Shown here one piece after another: positions 1 to 9,944 of a stretch of 39,798 bases of DNA. How positions within the stretch are numbered: position 1 is the stretch's first letter; every line of letters starts with the position of its first letter. Made by a program: the position numbers and the translations under genes. Source of the stretch: a virus (lineage: Duplodnaviria; Caudoviricetes); IMG/VR virus record IMGVR_UViG_3300020045_004557, positions 1-39,798 of that record; one strand, 5' to 3'. A model generated the notes under the pieces. It saw only the letters and a program-made list of their open reading frames with translations. It searched no databases and was not told the origin of the DNA.

Positions 1-121
1 ATCAAGATCAGAGCCAAATCTTGTGTAAAGTGCGGCGGGACACCGGGGTCGAGGAGTCCAATAATACCGACCCCACTCCAGTTCCGTTCGGGTAAATCAA
101 AGTTGTCCCCGAATATTGGAA
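1..121. repeat. Terminal direct repeat, copy 1 (assembly overlap)
   Basis: 1-121 is identical to 39678-39798. Confidence 0.95.
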
Positions 122-209
122 CCTTGAAGCGGTAATTCAAGATGCTCGTGAGTCTGGTGTGTACGATGATTCGTTTGACGAAGACGACTTAGAAGACGAC
201 GAGTAGCTT

Positions 210-407
210 CTATTTTCCCCAACGAGCCTGAGCGGCGTCCTTTGCGATCTCTGACCGCCGTTCAGGGCTAATTTTTTCAATTCTGGAGCGCCCGGCTTTT
301 CGGGCGCGCTTTTGTTTCGGGGTTTCTTCCGTCAACTCGACAATCTCATCAAAGATAGACTTAGCAATCGTGATCTCGTCTCGGTCTTTTTTGGTAGGAT
401 TAGGCAC
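210..407 (-). CDS. Small basic protein of the type found beside IS1/IS1595-family transposases
   Basis: 65 aa. Carries 'RD...IAKSIFDEI' and C-terminal 'ISPERRSEIAKDAAQARW' patterns. GTG start. Confidence 0.75.
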   Translation of the reverse strand: MPNPTKKDRDEITIAKSIFDEIVELTEETPKQKRARKAGRSRIEKISPERRSEIAKDAAQARWGK

Positions 408-512
408 GAACCTAGATTAACATTTTCAAGAAACCGAGGGAATAGGCTAACACCACAGCTTTAGTCCACTACCAAATTCTTCTTCTCTTAACTTCTTTGA
501 TATAGTTCTTTC

Positions 513-1772
513 TTACACGCCCCATACCTGGGCAACATAGTGCTGCAACTTACTGATGTTGGCAGAAGTCATTTTCGCATTATCAATATAAATTGCCGCG
601 ATGTCAGCCTTGAGATATTCAGCAGACCCGTTGAAACCGATCGTCGGAGCCGTGGGCGAGCCTACCGTATTTGTTGATGTTGCGTATTGCAGCATTGCGT
701 TTAATTCCATTCGCCAATCGTTTGAGGCTGACCAGATCATTGTCGTGTGATACGCATTTAGCGGCGTTACCGCCGTGCCGCAATCCTTTCTGACCGTCGT
801 AGCGAACTCCTCATAAAGATGGCTATCAGCTGCTAACGGATACGCCGCTGCATCACCGGAATCGCCGAGATTATTACCCGCGTTCGTGGTCAGGCTAGTG
901 ATCTTCCAGACGAACAATATCGTGGCCGCCGTAAACGCATCCATCGAGGGAATTGTAAAGTAATCATTACTATCCGCCCCGAGCCGCACAATGGCTTCAC
1001 CGTTGCATTCGTTAGTTTCAAACGTTGGCGTGCCTGTAACCGTCGCGTGATTTGCATTGCCCGTAAGGTCTTGCCACGCCGTTGATAGATTCGCACCGTC
1101 AGATGGTACGGCAACGCCCGCCCCATTGTACGAGCGGGCCTCATACGCCGCCCAGAGCCCGGTAGGTAGTTCGACAGGCGAAGCATTGACAAAGCGAGCC
1201 TCGCACATTGTAAGCGAAGCATCGCCTATATTATCCGGCGTTTCAATAGTAGCTGTCAGGTCGTATGCCGTGCCAGAACTATTGCCCAAGCGATCAGGGA
1301 AATCCAGCCCCGTGATCTCCCCTTGTTTTGACGTATCGCCGCTGCCGACCGCTGCGGTTAGCACCGCGCTAATGCTATATCTTGCTTTGCTAACCGAAAC
1401 GCGAGACACCCAGCCGGTAATGACAAGCGTTTGGCTATTGCCAAGCGTCGGGTCAATATTCGTGCCGCTGTCAAATAGCGTAGTACCCGCAAACTTGATG
1501 CGGCAATATACATCACCTGCCGCTGAGTCCGTTGTAAACGTGTACGAGAAAAGTATCCTATCGCCGTTCACCTGAAATTGACTTCGCAGCACATTAAATA
1601 AATGAGCGGTCTGCTCCGTCGTCGCAGTCGTAGTAAACGTGGTTAGCTTTTCAAACAACGGCCTCGCGGCCCGCGTATCATACGCCTCGAAAGCTGTATC
1701 GGCGGCGTTGCGGCGAACGCTTTGCCACGCCGCCATTGCCAGATCACTTAAAACATTCCCAAAGTTTGCCAT
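513..1772 (-). CDS. Tail fibre / receptor-binding protein with a LamG/concanavalin-like C-terminal domain
   Basis: Last gene of the tail module. Thr/Ala/Gly-rich. C-terminal 'WQDLTGNANHAT...IG...YLKADIAAIYI...QHYVAQVWG' pattern. Confidence 0.7.
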   Translation of the reverse strand: MANFGNVLSDLAMAAWQSVRRNAADTAFEAYDTRAARPLFEKLTTFTTTATTEQTAHLFNVLRSQFQVNGDRILFSYTFTTDSAAGDVYCRIKFAGTTLFDSGTNIDPTLGNSQTLVITGWVSRVSVSKARYSISAVLTAAVGSGDTSKQGEITGLDFPDRLGNSSGTAYDLTATIETPDNIGDASLTMCEARFVNASPVELPTGLWAAYEARSYNGAGVAVPSDGANLSTAWQDLTGNANHATVTGTPTFETNECNGEAIVRLGADSNDYFTIPSMDAFTAATILFVWKITSLTTNAGNNLGDSGDAAAYPLAADSHLYEEFATTVRKDCGTAVTPLNAYHTTMIWSASNDWRMELNAMLQYATSTNTVGSPTAPTIGFNGSAEYLKADIAAIYIDNAKMTSANISKLQHYVAQVWGV

Positions 1773-4412
1773 TTATAAATTAAGGTCGTCTATCACAGTT
1801 GCTAGAACATCCGCGAGTTCGTCAATGCTTGTCGAGTTTGCATTAAATGCCCTATCAGTTGTGCCGTTAGTTACCGTGTATTCGCTTGCCGCCGGTGTAA
1901 ATGTAAATGATGATATCGGGGCAACCTCGACGCCTTGCCGGTTGGTTACGGCCTTAATGTTGACCACTTCGCCAACGTCCGCCGCGTCCAGTTCAAAGAA
2001 TACAAGTTGCGGCGTTACAATCGCCGCGTACTCATCCGCCGCGTGAGCCGATATTTCAGCCGATGTGCCGTACTTGCCCCGCCATAAATTTGTGATCCGC
2101 CATTTCGAGCGATAAGGACTGTTATCCTCCAACGTTTGAATCGTTGCGGTCCGAAACTGTAACCATTCATCACCGATGCGAATTAAGTTCACGTGCGGAT
2201 GCCGGTCAATGTCGGCCTGTAAAACAGTTTCAAGCGTTACATCGTCAAAGAACCAGATATCCAAAATATTCGAAGTGTCCTCTGTCGCCGTACCGCCCGC
2301 CCAGTTTCCTAGCGTGTCCTCACATAATCCCAATGGCACGGGCGTATCGTGAACACTTTGCAGTACATAATTATCCTCATCCATTTCACGATAGAGTGAG
2401 ATCGTGTCACCTTGCCCGTAACCACGTCCGCATAACGCGAGATAGACACCGAGCTTGCCTTTATCTTCACCGCGTATTGGTTTAGACGGAATGACAAACG
2501 CAATAGAGTTGCGTGGAAATTGCTCTGCTACAAATTGCACTGCCGCCATTGGCAAGGTTGCTGTGACATCATCCACATAATAAGACGGAGCAAACGGATT
2601 GATCGCAACGCATTGAAAGCGTATCTTCCCTATCGGCAAGGTCATTTGCTTCTTTTCAATACGCATTTTGTAATCAACATCATTGATCGGAACCGTGATA
2701 ACATCACCTACCGAATACACCGCCATTTCTGGCATCCCCCAAAACTCATACGCCGATGATTCGGCGTGTTCTTTTAACAATAATTTTTCCGCAACCGTTC
2801 GGGCATTGACGGCACTATCCACGATTGGGAAACCATAATCTTTAGTTTCCTTGCCTTGAACAGTAAACAAGTGAGCCGCTACCGTTTCATTGTGATACTC
2901 AAGATTCGGCTGCATTACCGAAACACGAACTTCTCGCGGCAATTCGCGTTCGTCTTTAACTACAACTTCCGCATCAAAGCCCGGCATATCTTCACCCGCT
3001 GCGTGTGCCCGTAAACTGTTCTCGCTTACCGTTGCTGATGATGTAAATGTATCGAGAATGGTTTTGATCTCGCCGTCGATCTCGCCAATGCGAAAGAAAT
3101 GATATCGCTCCAAATGCTCGACAAGCGTTTTACGGGATTGCTTTGTATGATCTAAAAAGCCCTCTTGCGTTAATCCCGCCGTTGCCGTAATTGTATAATC
3201 GCTTGCTGAAAGGCCAGCCGCTGTAAACAGATCGGTTAAAATTGTATTGACCGTTGCATCGTCGGTATCAACTTCAAAAGTAAAATTCTCGACACGGGCA
3301 CTTTTTAACGTGCGATCTTGGAAAAGCACATAAGCCAATCCACGCATTGCCGATGCCCGCAGATCGCCTTCGCCTGCACCGTACCGCGTATCGAGCCACG
3401 ATTTGATCTTAGAGTCCGCCGTTTGTATTTCTGTTCCGGTGTAAAAGCGTATCACCTCGCCGGGAATAGGCGTTGTTAGCGTGTAAGTCTCAGTTGTGCC
3501 GTTCTTTACCGATGCCGGCGGGTAATTGTAATACGGCCCCGGATTGTCCAGATTTGTCGGATAGCCAATATCAGGATCGACCACGCCGCTTACTTGAAAT
3601 GCGACATTTTCTTGCCCGACAATTTCCCATTCTTTTTCAACACGAATTCTATCCAGATTCGGAGCAGGCCCGCCCGCATTATTGTAAGTGACCGTGTTTG
3701 CAAAACCGTCAACGATAACCTCATACGCCGTCCAATCGCTCGGTGATGCTGCGAAATCGTGCGTTGCCGGTGACGTATCTTCGGTATCTATCACTGCTTG
3801 TTTATCAGTTGCCGATTTGTAATAAAACGTGAGTTTAGTTTTGGCTAATGCCGTCTCATCAGGATCAAGACGCGGCAAGGCCGGGGCAGACACACTAGAC
3901 GTATTAAAAACGACTTGCCCACCGCTGCCAATGTTTTGCACAGCATCGCCGCCTGAAGCTGTCGCATCCACGAAACTAGATGCGCCGCCCGACAACGTAG
4001 CATCTTCAGCCTCAAAGTAGCCCGTCGCCGCCGATAGATTGTTTATGATTAGATCGGCATCGCCCCAAATGCGATCAAACGTTGCAAGCTCGCCCTGACA
4101 AACAAGCACGCCGAGCGATGTTTTGTAAATATGCTCGGTTTCACTAGCCCCGCCACCCTTTTTCCCGCCGCCTGTATTGCCGCCCGTTGTTACCGTGTAA
4201 TGGTCAATGCCGCTTGAAAATACAACGTTGCCTGCTAATCGTGCCTTGCCCCAAACTTTGGGAATGATAGTTCCGTAATCAGACCCCTGAATACGGATAT
4301 CGTCCATTTTGCCCTTGTCAGTCTTTTGCGGCTTGATCTTAGGCGTAAGCAAATATTGCAAGGCCATTCCGCCCGCACTAATCGCTAATGATATGGCTAC
4401 TGCTGGAGGCAT
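1773..4412 (-). CDS. Baseplate / host-specificity protein (GTA gp15 / tip attachment J-like)
   Basis: 879 aa. 'SDYGTIIPKVWGKARLAGNVVF', 'AMRGLAYVLF', 'IGDEWLQF' and 'NLWRGKYGT' motifs. Follows the NlpC/P60 gene. Confidence 0.85.
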   Translation of the reverse strand: MPPAVAISLAISAGGMALQYLLTPKIKPQKTDKGKMDDIRIQGSDYGTIIPKVWGKARLAGNVVFSSGIDHYTVTTGGNTGGGKKGGGASETEHIYKTSLGVLVCQGELATFDRIWGDADLIINNLSAATGYFEAEDATLSGGASSFVDATASGGDAVQNIGSGGQVVFNTSSVSAPALPRLDPDETALAKTKLTFYYKSATDKQAVIDTEDTSPATHDFAASPSDWTAYEVIVDGFANTVTYNNAGGPAPNLDRIRVEKEWEIVGQENVAFQVSGVVDPDIGYPTNLDNPGPYYNYPPASVKNGTTETYTLTTPIPGEVIRFYTGTEIQTADSKIKSWLDTRYGAGEGDLRASAMRGLAYVLFQDRTLKSARVENFTFEVDTDDATVNTILTDLFTAAGLSASDYTITATAGLTQEGFLDHTKQSRKTLVEHLERYHFFRIGEIDGEIKTILDTFTSSATVSENSLRAHAAGEDMPGFDAEVVVKDERELPREVRVSVMQPNLEYHNETVAAHLFTVQGKETKDYGFPIVDSAVNARTVAEKLLLKEHAESSAYEFWGMPEMAVYSVGDVITVPINDVDYKMRIEKKQMTLPIGKIRFQCVAINPFAPSYYVDDVTATLPMAAVQFVAEQFPRNSIAFVIPSKPIRGEDKGKLGVYLALCGRGYGQGDTISLYREMDEDNYVLQSVHDTPVPLGLCEDTLGNWAGGTATEDTSNILDIWFFDDVTLETVLQADIDRHPHVNLIRIGDEWLQFRTATIQTLEDNSPYRSKWRITNLWRGKYGTSAEISAHAADEYAAIVTPQLVFFELDAADVGEVVNIKAVTNRQGVEVAPISSFTFTPAASEYTVTNGTTDRAFNANSTSIDELADVLATVIDDLNL

Positions 4413-4865
4413 CTATGTTTCTAACCCCCTAAGGCGAAAGCCCGTTACGCATTGAGGCCGCCATTGATTTAACGTTTCTTTTACCACAACGCCCCTCTGA
4501 GCGGTCGCGTAGGCGTGAACAACTTCCGGTTCGATGCCGTTCGGGTAATCGTAAACATCGCTTATCAATATGCTCGCGTGACGCGGTTTGCGTCCGCCCG
4601 TTCGCATTAGATAGATGTCGCCAACGCCAACTTCGCTAATGGGTATTTCGTCAAAGTTCAAACACATCGTATCGTAAATGACCCGTGACGGCGGCGACGA
4701 TCGGTAACCCTCTACGTCACAAATGCCGTCATATCCAAGCTCACTGAGAATGACGTACAACAGGCCGACGCAATCAACGCCGAGTCGTGACCTGCCTTGA
4801 TGCAAAAAACGCACGCCGAGCATTGAGCGTGCCTTATCTGCTACCTGTTGGCGTGTATAGGTCAT
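4413..4865 (-). CDS. NlpC/P60-family tail tip peptidase
   Basis: 'ARSMLGVRFLHQGRSRLGVDCVGL' Cys motif, then 'RHASI' and 'VVHAY'. Start moved to ATG 4865 (TAATG overlap with the upstream stop). Confidence 0.9.
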   Translation of the reverse strand: MTYTRQQVADKARSMLGVRFLHQGRSRLGVDCVGLLYVILSELGYDGICDVEGYRSSPPSRVIYDTMCLNFDEIPISEVGVGDIYLMRTGGRKPRHASILISDVYDYPNGIEPEVVHAYATAQRGVVVKETLNQWRPQCVTGFRLRGLET

Positions 4866-5833
4866 TATGTTTGAGTAGGTACGCGGGACACAGCTTCGAT
4901 GCCGGGAACGAAATCCTCGGCACGGCGACGAACAATATTTGTAAACTTGATACAATCCTCGGGCGTGCGGTTACATCCTGCGATGATCGTATAGCCCGCA
5001 AGTGATGCGGCAGTAAACGGAAAAGGGCGTTTCAGAAACAACCGAATATAACTCGTTGCCGGATTGCCCGTATCAAAATAAGTAGAATTGGCTACCTCAC
5101 GCGAAACACCACTATTAGGCCCACTCGTTCCCGTCACTTTGCCATTTGCGTAAAAACTATCAGGTGGAATGTTGCCTGAGATCGTTAGCGTGTAAACATC
5201 CATCCAAGCAGTTGTTGGGCCATACACAATGCCGTTTAGCGTTTGCGAGATGTTGTACACAACCGCTGAGATCGTCACGGTCGAAGCCGTATGACCGCAC
5301 TCCGCATCCCGAAACTCTTTCACTCGACACAGTCGGGCCGTAACCTTTTCTACCTCTTGCGATAGCCGAGCGATCAACCCTCTACCCTCGCAAGTGAAAT
5401 ACGTTTGATAGTCCTTGAACTCGCCAAGATTGCCCTTAAAATGTACGAGTTCGCCAAGCGATGTATTCTGCCACGAAACACTAAATACTTCGATCTCGCT
5501 GTAATTCCACTTACCTGCTAAAACCTCAGTTTGCGAGAACGAATCAGAGGAATAAACGCCCGTCATTTCAAGATTAGCGGCTTCGTCCAAACCTTGCTCT
5601 ACAATAGTCGGTGTCATTCCCGGAGCCGATAGGAACGTAACCCCGCCGTGACCCGGCAAGGTCATATCTCGCGAGTTTGTTGTAAACGCTATGACTGCTG
5701 ACCCGAACTCGGCTTTTGATGTCACTTTGATACACAAACAAATTCGCGGCGTATCGGAGTTCCATTGTGTCCAGAAGTCCGATGCCGTGTATCCGCCTTG
5801 TATATTTCGCGGCGTATGAGAAATATTAAGCAC
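4865..5833 (-). CDS. Baseplate hub protein (DUF2163 / GTA gp13-like)
   Basis: 'CRVKEFRDAECG' and 'AGCNRTPEDC..F.N' Cys motifs. Start uncertain; GTG 5833 chosen to avoid overlap. Confidence 0.85.
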   Translation of the reverse strand: MLNISHTPRNIQGGYTASDFWTQWNSDTPRICLCIKVTSKAEFGSAVIAFTTNSRDMTLPGHGGVTFLSAPGMTPTIVEQGLDEAANLEMTGVYSSDSFSQTEVLAGKWNYSEIEVFSVSWQNTSLGELVHFKGNLGEFKDYQTYFTCEGRGLIARLSQEVEKVTARLCRVKEFRDAECGHTASTVTISAVVYNISQTLNGIVYGPTTAWMDVYTLTISGNIPPDSFYANGKVTGTSGPNSGVSREVANSTYFDTGNPATSYIRLFLKRPFPFTAASLAGYTIIAGCNRTPEDCIKFTNIVRRRAEDFVPGIEAVSRVPTQT

Positions 5834-5844
5834 CCCCCATTTGG

Positions 5845-6483
5845 TTATTCGCGTATCTCCACCATTGGTATCGACGGCACGTTGTGCAAGCTCGTGTCCG
5901 TACCGCTCTCGTTCCACATAAACATATCGAGGTCGATACGGTCGATATCGAATCGTACAGGCACGTAGAACTTTGCAAGCGTGATCGTGACTGGTGTAAC
6001 CGGCGTATAAGTGAATGTGATAATACCCGTTGTTGTCGAATACGTGTAATGCGTCGTATGCGTCTTAAGAACGCTGTTATCATACACAGCTAGATCAGTC
6101 GTCGTAGCTGATGGCCTTGTGATGGTTCGCGTGTAAATATTGCCGCCGGAATCAGTATAGCGTTTGGCAATCTGATACGTGGTCGAGGTGATCGAGCTTA
6201 TCGTTTGCGGCGTCGAACCTGTATCCGGTATCTGGTAATCGTCACCCGCTTGTAATAGAAAGCCGATCTCACGCCCGTAACAAGCAAGGTGAAAGTTTCG
6301 CAATACAATGGCATCCGCCCGATTCTTTACCGCATACGCGGCGTTATATTGCCATTGGGCATCCTGCCAGTTTGCGTTGCGAACTTCGCGGCCTGATTTG
6401 CCAATTGTGATATCAGTATTAAACCCGCCGCCGCCTGCAAGCCCCTGCATTGATAACGGAAAATATTTAACGTGGATCGTCAT
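5845..6483 (-). CDS. Distal tail protein (DUF2460 / GTA gp12-like)
   Basis: 'GGGGFNTDI...SGREVRNANW', 'FYVPVRFD' and C-terminal 'IPMVEIRE'. Confidence 0.9.
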   Translation of the reverse strand: MTIHVKYFPLSMQGLAGGGGFNTDITIGKSGREVRNANWQDAQWQYNAAYAVKNRADAIVLRNFHLACYGREIGFLLQAGDDYQIPDTGSTPQTISSITSTTYQIAKRYTDSGGNIYTRTITRPSATTTDLAVYDNSVLKTHTTHYTYSTTTGIITFTYTPVTPVTITLAKFYVPVRFDIDRIDLDMFMWNESGTDTSLHNVPSIPMVEIRE

Positions 6484-8912
6484 TTGTTCCTCTGCTGTGT
6501 CTGTGCCAGTGCCGCAAGCACCGCACGTTTGATCTGGTCGGGCGTGATAGATGACCCTGTGCCGCCGGGCATATTGACCGTAACCGTATTGTTAAACGTA
6601 CTGCTAGGCGGTGCTGACATTCCGCCGCCGCCACCACCCCCGCCCGGTAACATTGGCGGAGCTGCCGACATTCCGCGAAAAATTCCGCCGAGTCCGCTCA
6701 AGAATCCACCGCCGCCTGGCCCGGCAGGCGTTACGCTGCCCCACGAACCAAGTTGAACTGATGATGCCCCACTACCGCCGCCAAAGCCGCCCGCAATGCC
6801 GCCAATAAGTGACATTATCGCCTTAATGACCATCAAGCGAACGAGTTCCGCAACGATCTGCGACACAAGCTGTTTGAACCCTGCCGCAAGTGATTTGAAA
6901 AAGCCCTTCGCCGTGCCATCCCATTGAGTGACAGCATTGGCGAATACGTCACCGATGCCGTAAATGGATGATATAAGGTTTTCACCAATTGCTTGTTTGA
7001 GCGATGGTAATTGCGATTTGAAATAATCTAATCTTTCAATCATCGTTGCCCAAAAGTCAGACCATAACGCCTTGACCTTTGGGATGCCCCCAGTCAAACG
7101 ATCTATCATCGCCTCAAACGGGTTCGCCGTTCCGCCATCAACGCCATCGCCCAAGCCGCGCCATCCGACAATCGAATCGCCTAAAGTCCGACCACCGCCT
7201 GCCCCGGCATCATCGTCACCTGAACCCACTGTCTGAAAACGTCTAGCAATGGCATCATAAAACTCTTTGATCTTTTCAAGCTTAGTTAATTCTTCTGCCG
7301 CCAGTTCAATGCGTTTGCGTACTTCTGCATTTAGATTTTTATATGCTCCGGCTGTTAACTGAGCGGCAACCGCTTGCGACCGCGTTCGAGGTGTTAATTG
7401 GTCTAATTCACGAATAAGCTCCGTTAATAATTCAACGCCCGCTGCGTCTTTTTTACCTAAACCTTTCGCACCAGATACATCTAACATTGAGGCCATTGCC
7501 GCATATACGCCAGTTTTCATTGATGCGAGGCCGTCGATATAACCCTGTGCAGTATCTTTACCAATTCTAAAAAATACTTTCGACGGTGACTGAACATCTA
7601 AAACACCTTCTGCTCTTGCTATCGCATTTTGTTTGAAAAAATTACTGACTGCTGCGGCTGCTTCCCCTGCTTTTGATTGAATACCATTGATAAAACCCTG
7701 CACAAGTTCTACACCTATACGAATTGCAGCGGCGGCAATACGAGGGCCGCCCATAACAATAGCCGCAAGGACATCAGTATTCATTTTGATTACTGCTCTG
7801 ATCGCCCGTGCGGTCAACTGATTCAATGCATTGCCTGCTTTTTCTAACGCCAACATAAAACCGCTCATATCCGGCGTGTATCCTGCATCTTTCAACATTC
7901 CGCGAACGATAGGGCCAACCAACCCGGAATCTTTGAACCAATCCGCAACAATGCTACTGCTACCACCACCAGTTCCGTTTCTAGCTTCTCGTAATCCCTG
8001 ATTGATCCACTCGCCTATTTGTTCCCCCAAAGTCTTGGCTGCTGTATGCAGATTGGAATTATCTTTTGACAATTCGGCGGCTAATTTATCCAGAGCTGGT
8101 GTTATTGCCTTTATCAATATATTACCCAGCGGTAATATTGCCTGCTCTACCGCATCCTTGAAATTATCAAAACTATTTTGTGCCCCGCCAACAACTTTCG
8201 GGAGCTTTTCAAACTCAGTCACAACTTTGTTTATAAAGGCTTGAGCATCTATGCCCATTTTAGCAAGTTTCTCAGTGTCCGCCGTTCCGAACGCCTGTTG
8301 CATTGCAACGCGGATCTGTGGCAAACGTTCGGCAAGTTGATTGATCTCTTCAGCTGAAATTTTGCCTTTAGATTGAATTTGAGATAGAGCAGTAATAACA
8401 CCGTCAAGATCAGCCTTACCTTTACCAACAGTAGCAAGAGCATTACCAAATGCCATTAAACTACGTTCAGCAAGTTGTGCCGACAGTCCAGCGGCTTGAA
8501 GATTTACCGAACCCTGAATCGCCTCTCTAAATCCCAAACCTGGCGACTTAGCTACTTCTTTTAGTCTAATAAGTTGTTGTGCTGCTACAGCCGACGAACC
8601 TGTAACTGCTGTTAAGGCTCGCGTTAAGGAATCGAAACTGGTTGCCGTTTTAATAGCGAAACCCGCCAACGCACCTACAGAACTGCCTATAACAGTTCCC
8701 CAAACAGCACCTAGCGAACTAGCTGAACGAGCCGCTGCTGCGGTCGAATTCCGCATATTAGCCATTCCGCGAGCAGCATTGTGCCCTGCCTTCTCAGCAC
8801 GATTCAATTCTGCTGTAGTCTTTTTGAGCGATGTTTCAGCACGCTTTAAGGATGAGTCAAGTCCTTGCGTATTGACCTTGATCTCGCCAAATAATGTAAA
8901 AGCCGATGCCAT
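6480..8912 (-). CDS. Tape measure protein
   Basis: 810 aa, Ala/Gly-rich. 'ALSQIQSKGKISAEEINQLAERLP' and 'LDVQSPSKVF' motifs. Confidence 0.93.
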   Translation of the reverse strand: MASAFTLFGEIKVNTQGLDSSLKRAETSLKKTTAELNRAEKAGHNAARGMANMRNSTAAAARSASSLGAVWGTVIGSSVGALAGFAIKTATSFDSLTRALTAVTGSSAVAAQQLIRLKEVAKSPGLGFREAIQGSVNLQAAGLSAQLAERSLMAFGNALATVGKGKADLDGVITALSQIQSKGKISAEEINQLAERLPQIRVAMQQAFGTADTEKLAKMGIDAQAFINKVVTEFEKLPKVVGGAQNSFDNFKDAVEQAILPLGNILIKAITPALDKLAAELSKDNSNLHTAAKTLGEQIGEWINQGLREARNGTGGGSSSIVADWFKDSGLVGPIVRGMLKDAGYTPDMSGFMLALEKAGNALNQLTARAIRAVIKMNTDVLAAIVMGGPRIAAAAIRIGVELVQGFINGIQSKAGEAAAAVSNFFKQNAIARAEGVLDVQSPSKVFFRIGKDTAQGYIDGLASMKTGVYAAMASMLDVSGAKGLGKKDAAGVELLTELIRELDQLTPRTRSQAVAAQLTAGAYKNLNAEVRKRIELAAEELTKLEKIKEFYDAIARRFQTVGSGDDDAGAGGGRTLGDSIVGWRGLGDGVDGGTANPFEAMIDRLTGGIPKVKALWSDFWATMIERLDYFKSQLPSLKQAIGENLISSIYGIGDVFANAVTQWDGTAKGFFKSLAAGFKQLVSQIVAELVRLMVIKAIMSLIGGIAGGFGGGSGASSVQLGSWGSVTPAGPGGGGFLSGLGGIFRGMSAAPPMLPGGGGGGGGMSAPPSSTFNNTVTVNMPGGTGSSITPDQIKRAVLAALAQTQQRNK

Positions 8913-8919
8913 ATATCGT

Positions 8920-9252
8920 TTACGAAACGCCCTTGATCTTCTTTACTTCATCCTTTAATCGCTTGAAAAAGATATTCTGTGCCCTCACCATCGCAGGCAC
9001 AAGATGCGGCTGTGCTGACATCTTACTTGTGCCAAATTCTACATACGGGGCATACTCCATATCCGAGCCAATATGTACGGTGTAATTATTGATCGGAACT
9101 GCACCGTATGACTGCTTTAATGCTCCGGTATCGACGGGGGTTATCTGTTTTGTGAGATCGACAATATCCGCTCCGGTTTGCAACAAAGCCGCTGCTGCCG
9201 CTTGCGGTGCGAGCCGTGCGATATGTGTTAGGTTTTGCTGTAATCTCGCCAT
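8920..9252 (-). CDS. HK97 gp10-like neck/tail completion protein
   Basis: 'TPVDTGALKQS', 'EYAPYVEFGTSKMSAQPHLVPA'. Confidence 0.92.
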   Translation of the reverse strand: MARLQQNLTHIARLAPQAAAAALLQTGADIVDLTKQITPVDTGALKQSYGAVPINNYTVHIGSDMEYAPYVEFGTSKMSAQPHLVPAMVRAQNIFFKRLKDEVKKIKGVS

Positions 9253-9516
9253 TTAGTTATTGTGCAAGTCGCGTTTCTTTTGTGCCCGCTCCATTGCTAT
9301 CCGCTCGCCTGTATTCTCAGCTTGTCGAAACATCGCGGCCCGTGCGATCCAAAACTGCTTATCCTTACGAGCCTCTAATGCCCACGGCGCGACTTTCAAA
9401 TATCTAGCCGCCGATATCAGGCTGTAGTCGTTAAAGGTTTCTTCGTCTGGCTCGCCAATTTCGCCGCCGGTTCCGAGCCAGATTCCAAGTTCGTCAATGG
9501 CGGCTTGATAGGGTTT
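9253..9516 (-). CDS. -1 frameshift extension of the tail chaperone (gpGT-like); missing from the ORF track
   Basis: The -1 frame is open from A-AAC-CCT (9510-9516) to TAA at 9253-9255, giving KPYQAAIDELGIWLGTGG...AARYLKVAPWALE...DLHNN. It abuts the next ATG exactly. Confidence 0.8.
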   Translation of the reverse strand, partial: KPYQAAIDELGIWLGTGGEIGEPDEETFNDYSLISAARYLKVAPWALEARKDKQFWIARAAMFRQAENTGERIAMERAQKKRDLHNN

Positions 9517-9845
9517 GTACGCTGCAAAACTTCATTCATCGCCGTCGATAACTGGATCAGAAACATATCAGGCAATTCGCCTAATGTGTCCTTATCAGTC
9601 GGCAACGGTTCGCCCGTATCATCATCAATGATATCCCACGATAGAAGCCGATCTGCGACCGTATCCACGAGATAATCAAGGCCGCGATCTTCGTCCTTTT
9701 GCGCGTCTGCCGCCGCGACGGATTCACGAAATGAATTTTGTTTGAGAACTACATTAATGACTTCGCTATCATCTTCGCCCTCGGCATTAACGTAATTATA
9801 AGTGAAAGTACAAGGTATGGTTTTGTTAAAGCTACTTTTTTTCAT
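9417..9845 (-). CDS. Tail assembly chaperone (gpG-like)
   Basis: Acidic 142-aa protein between tail tube and tape measure genes. 'LLSWDIIDDDTGEPLP'. Confidence 0.8.
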   Translation of the reverse strand: MKKSSFNKTIPCTFTYNYVNAEGEDDSEVINVVLKQNSFRESVAAADAQKDEDRGLDYLVDTVADRLLSWDIIDDDTGEPLPTDKDTLGELPDMFLIQLSTAMNEVLQRTNPIKPPLTNLESGSEPAAKLASQTKKPLTTTA

Positions 9846-9944
9846 AAAACACCAGTTTTGTCTAAAGAAATGAGGCGGAGCGGGTCACGCTGGTGTCCGC
9901 ACTTCCGCCCCGCGTTCAAAGGGCGATTCTCACCGCCCAATCCC

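Larger units (their letters stand above)
1..473. mobile_element. Right part of a 549-bp non-autonomous IS1-like element spanning the junction (39602-39677 plus 1-473)
   Basis: The reverse complement of 449-473 (GGTAGTGGACTAAAGCTGTGGTGTT) matches 39602-39626 (GGTAGTGGACTAATCCTGTGGTGTT) at 23/25. IS1-family ends begin GGT(A/G)(A/G)TG. No transposase lies inside. Confidence 0.65.

Noticed and set aside
1-121. Biological terminal repeat or att site
   Set aside because: An exact 121-bp overlap falling inside another element is typical of assembler k-mer overlap. No integrase is present.
513-1772. Diversity-generating retroelement target or invertible tail-fibre cassette
   Set aside because: I saw no reverse transcriptase, template repeat or invertase, and the nearby inverted repeats do not include the fibre gene.
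9873-9940. Third copy of the AGGGUCAC leader upstream of the tail chaperone
   Set aside because: Hairpins are present, including a GAGA tetraloop, but the AGGGUCAC-hairpin-CACC-GCCCGC arrangement and a promoter are absent on the minus strand.
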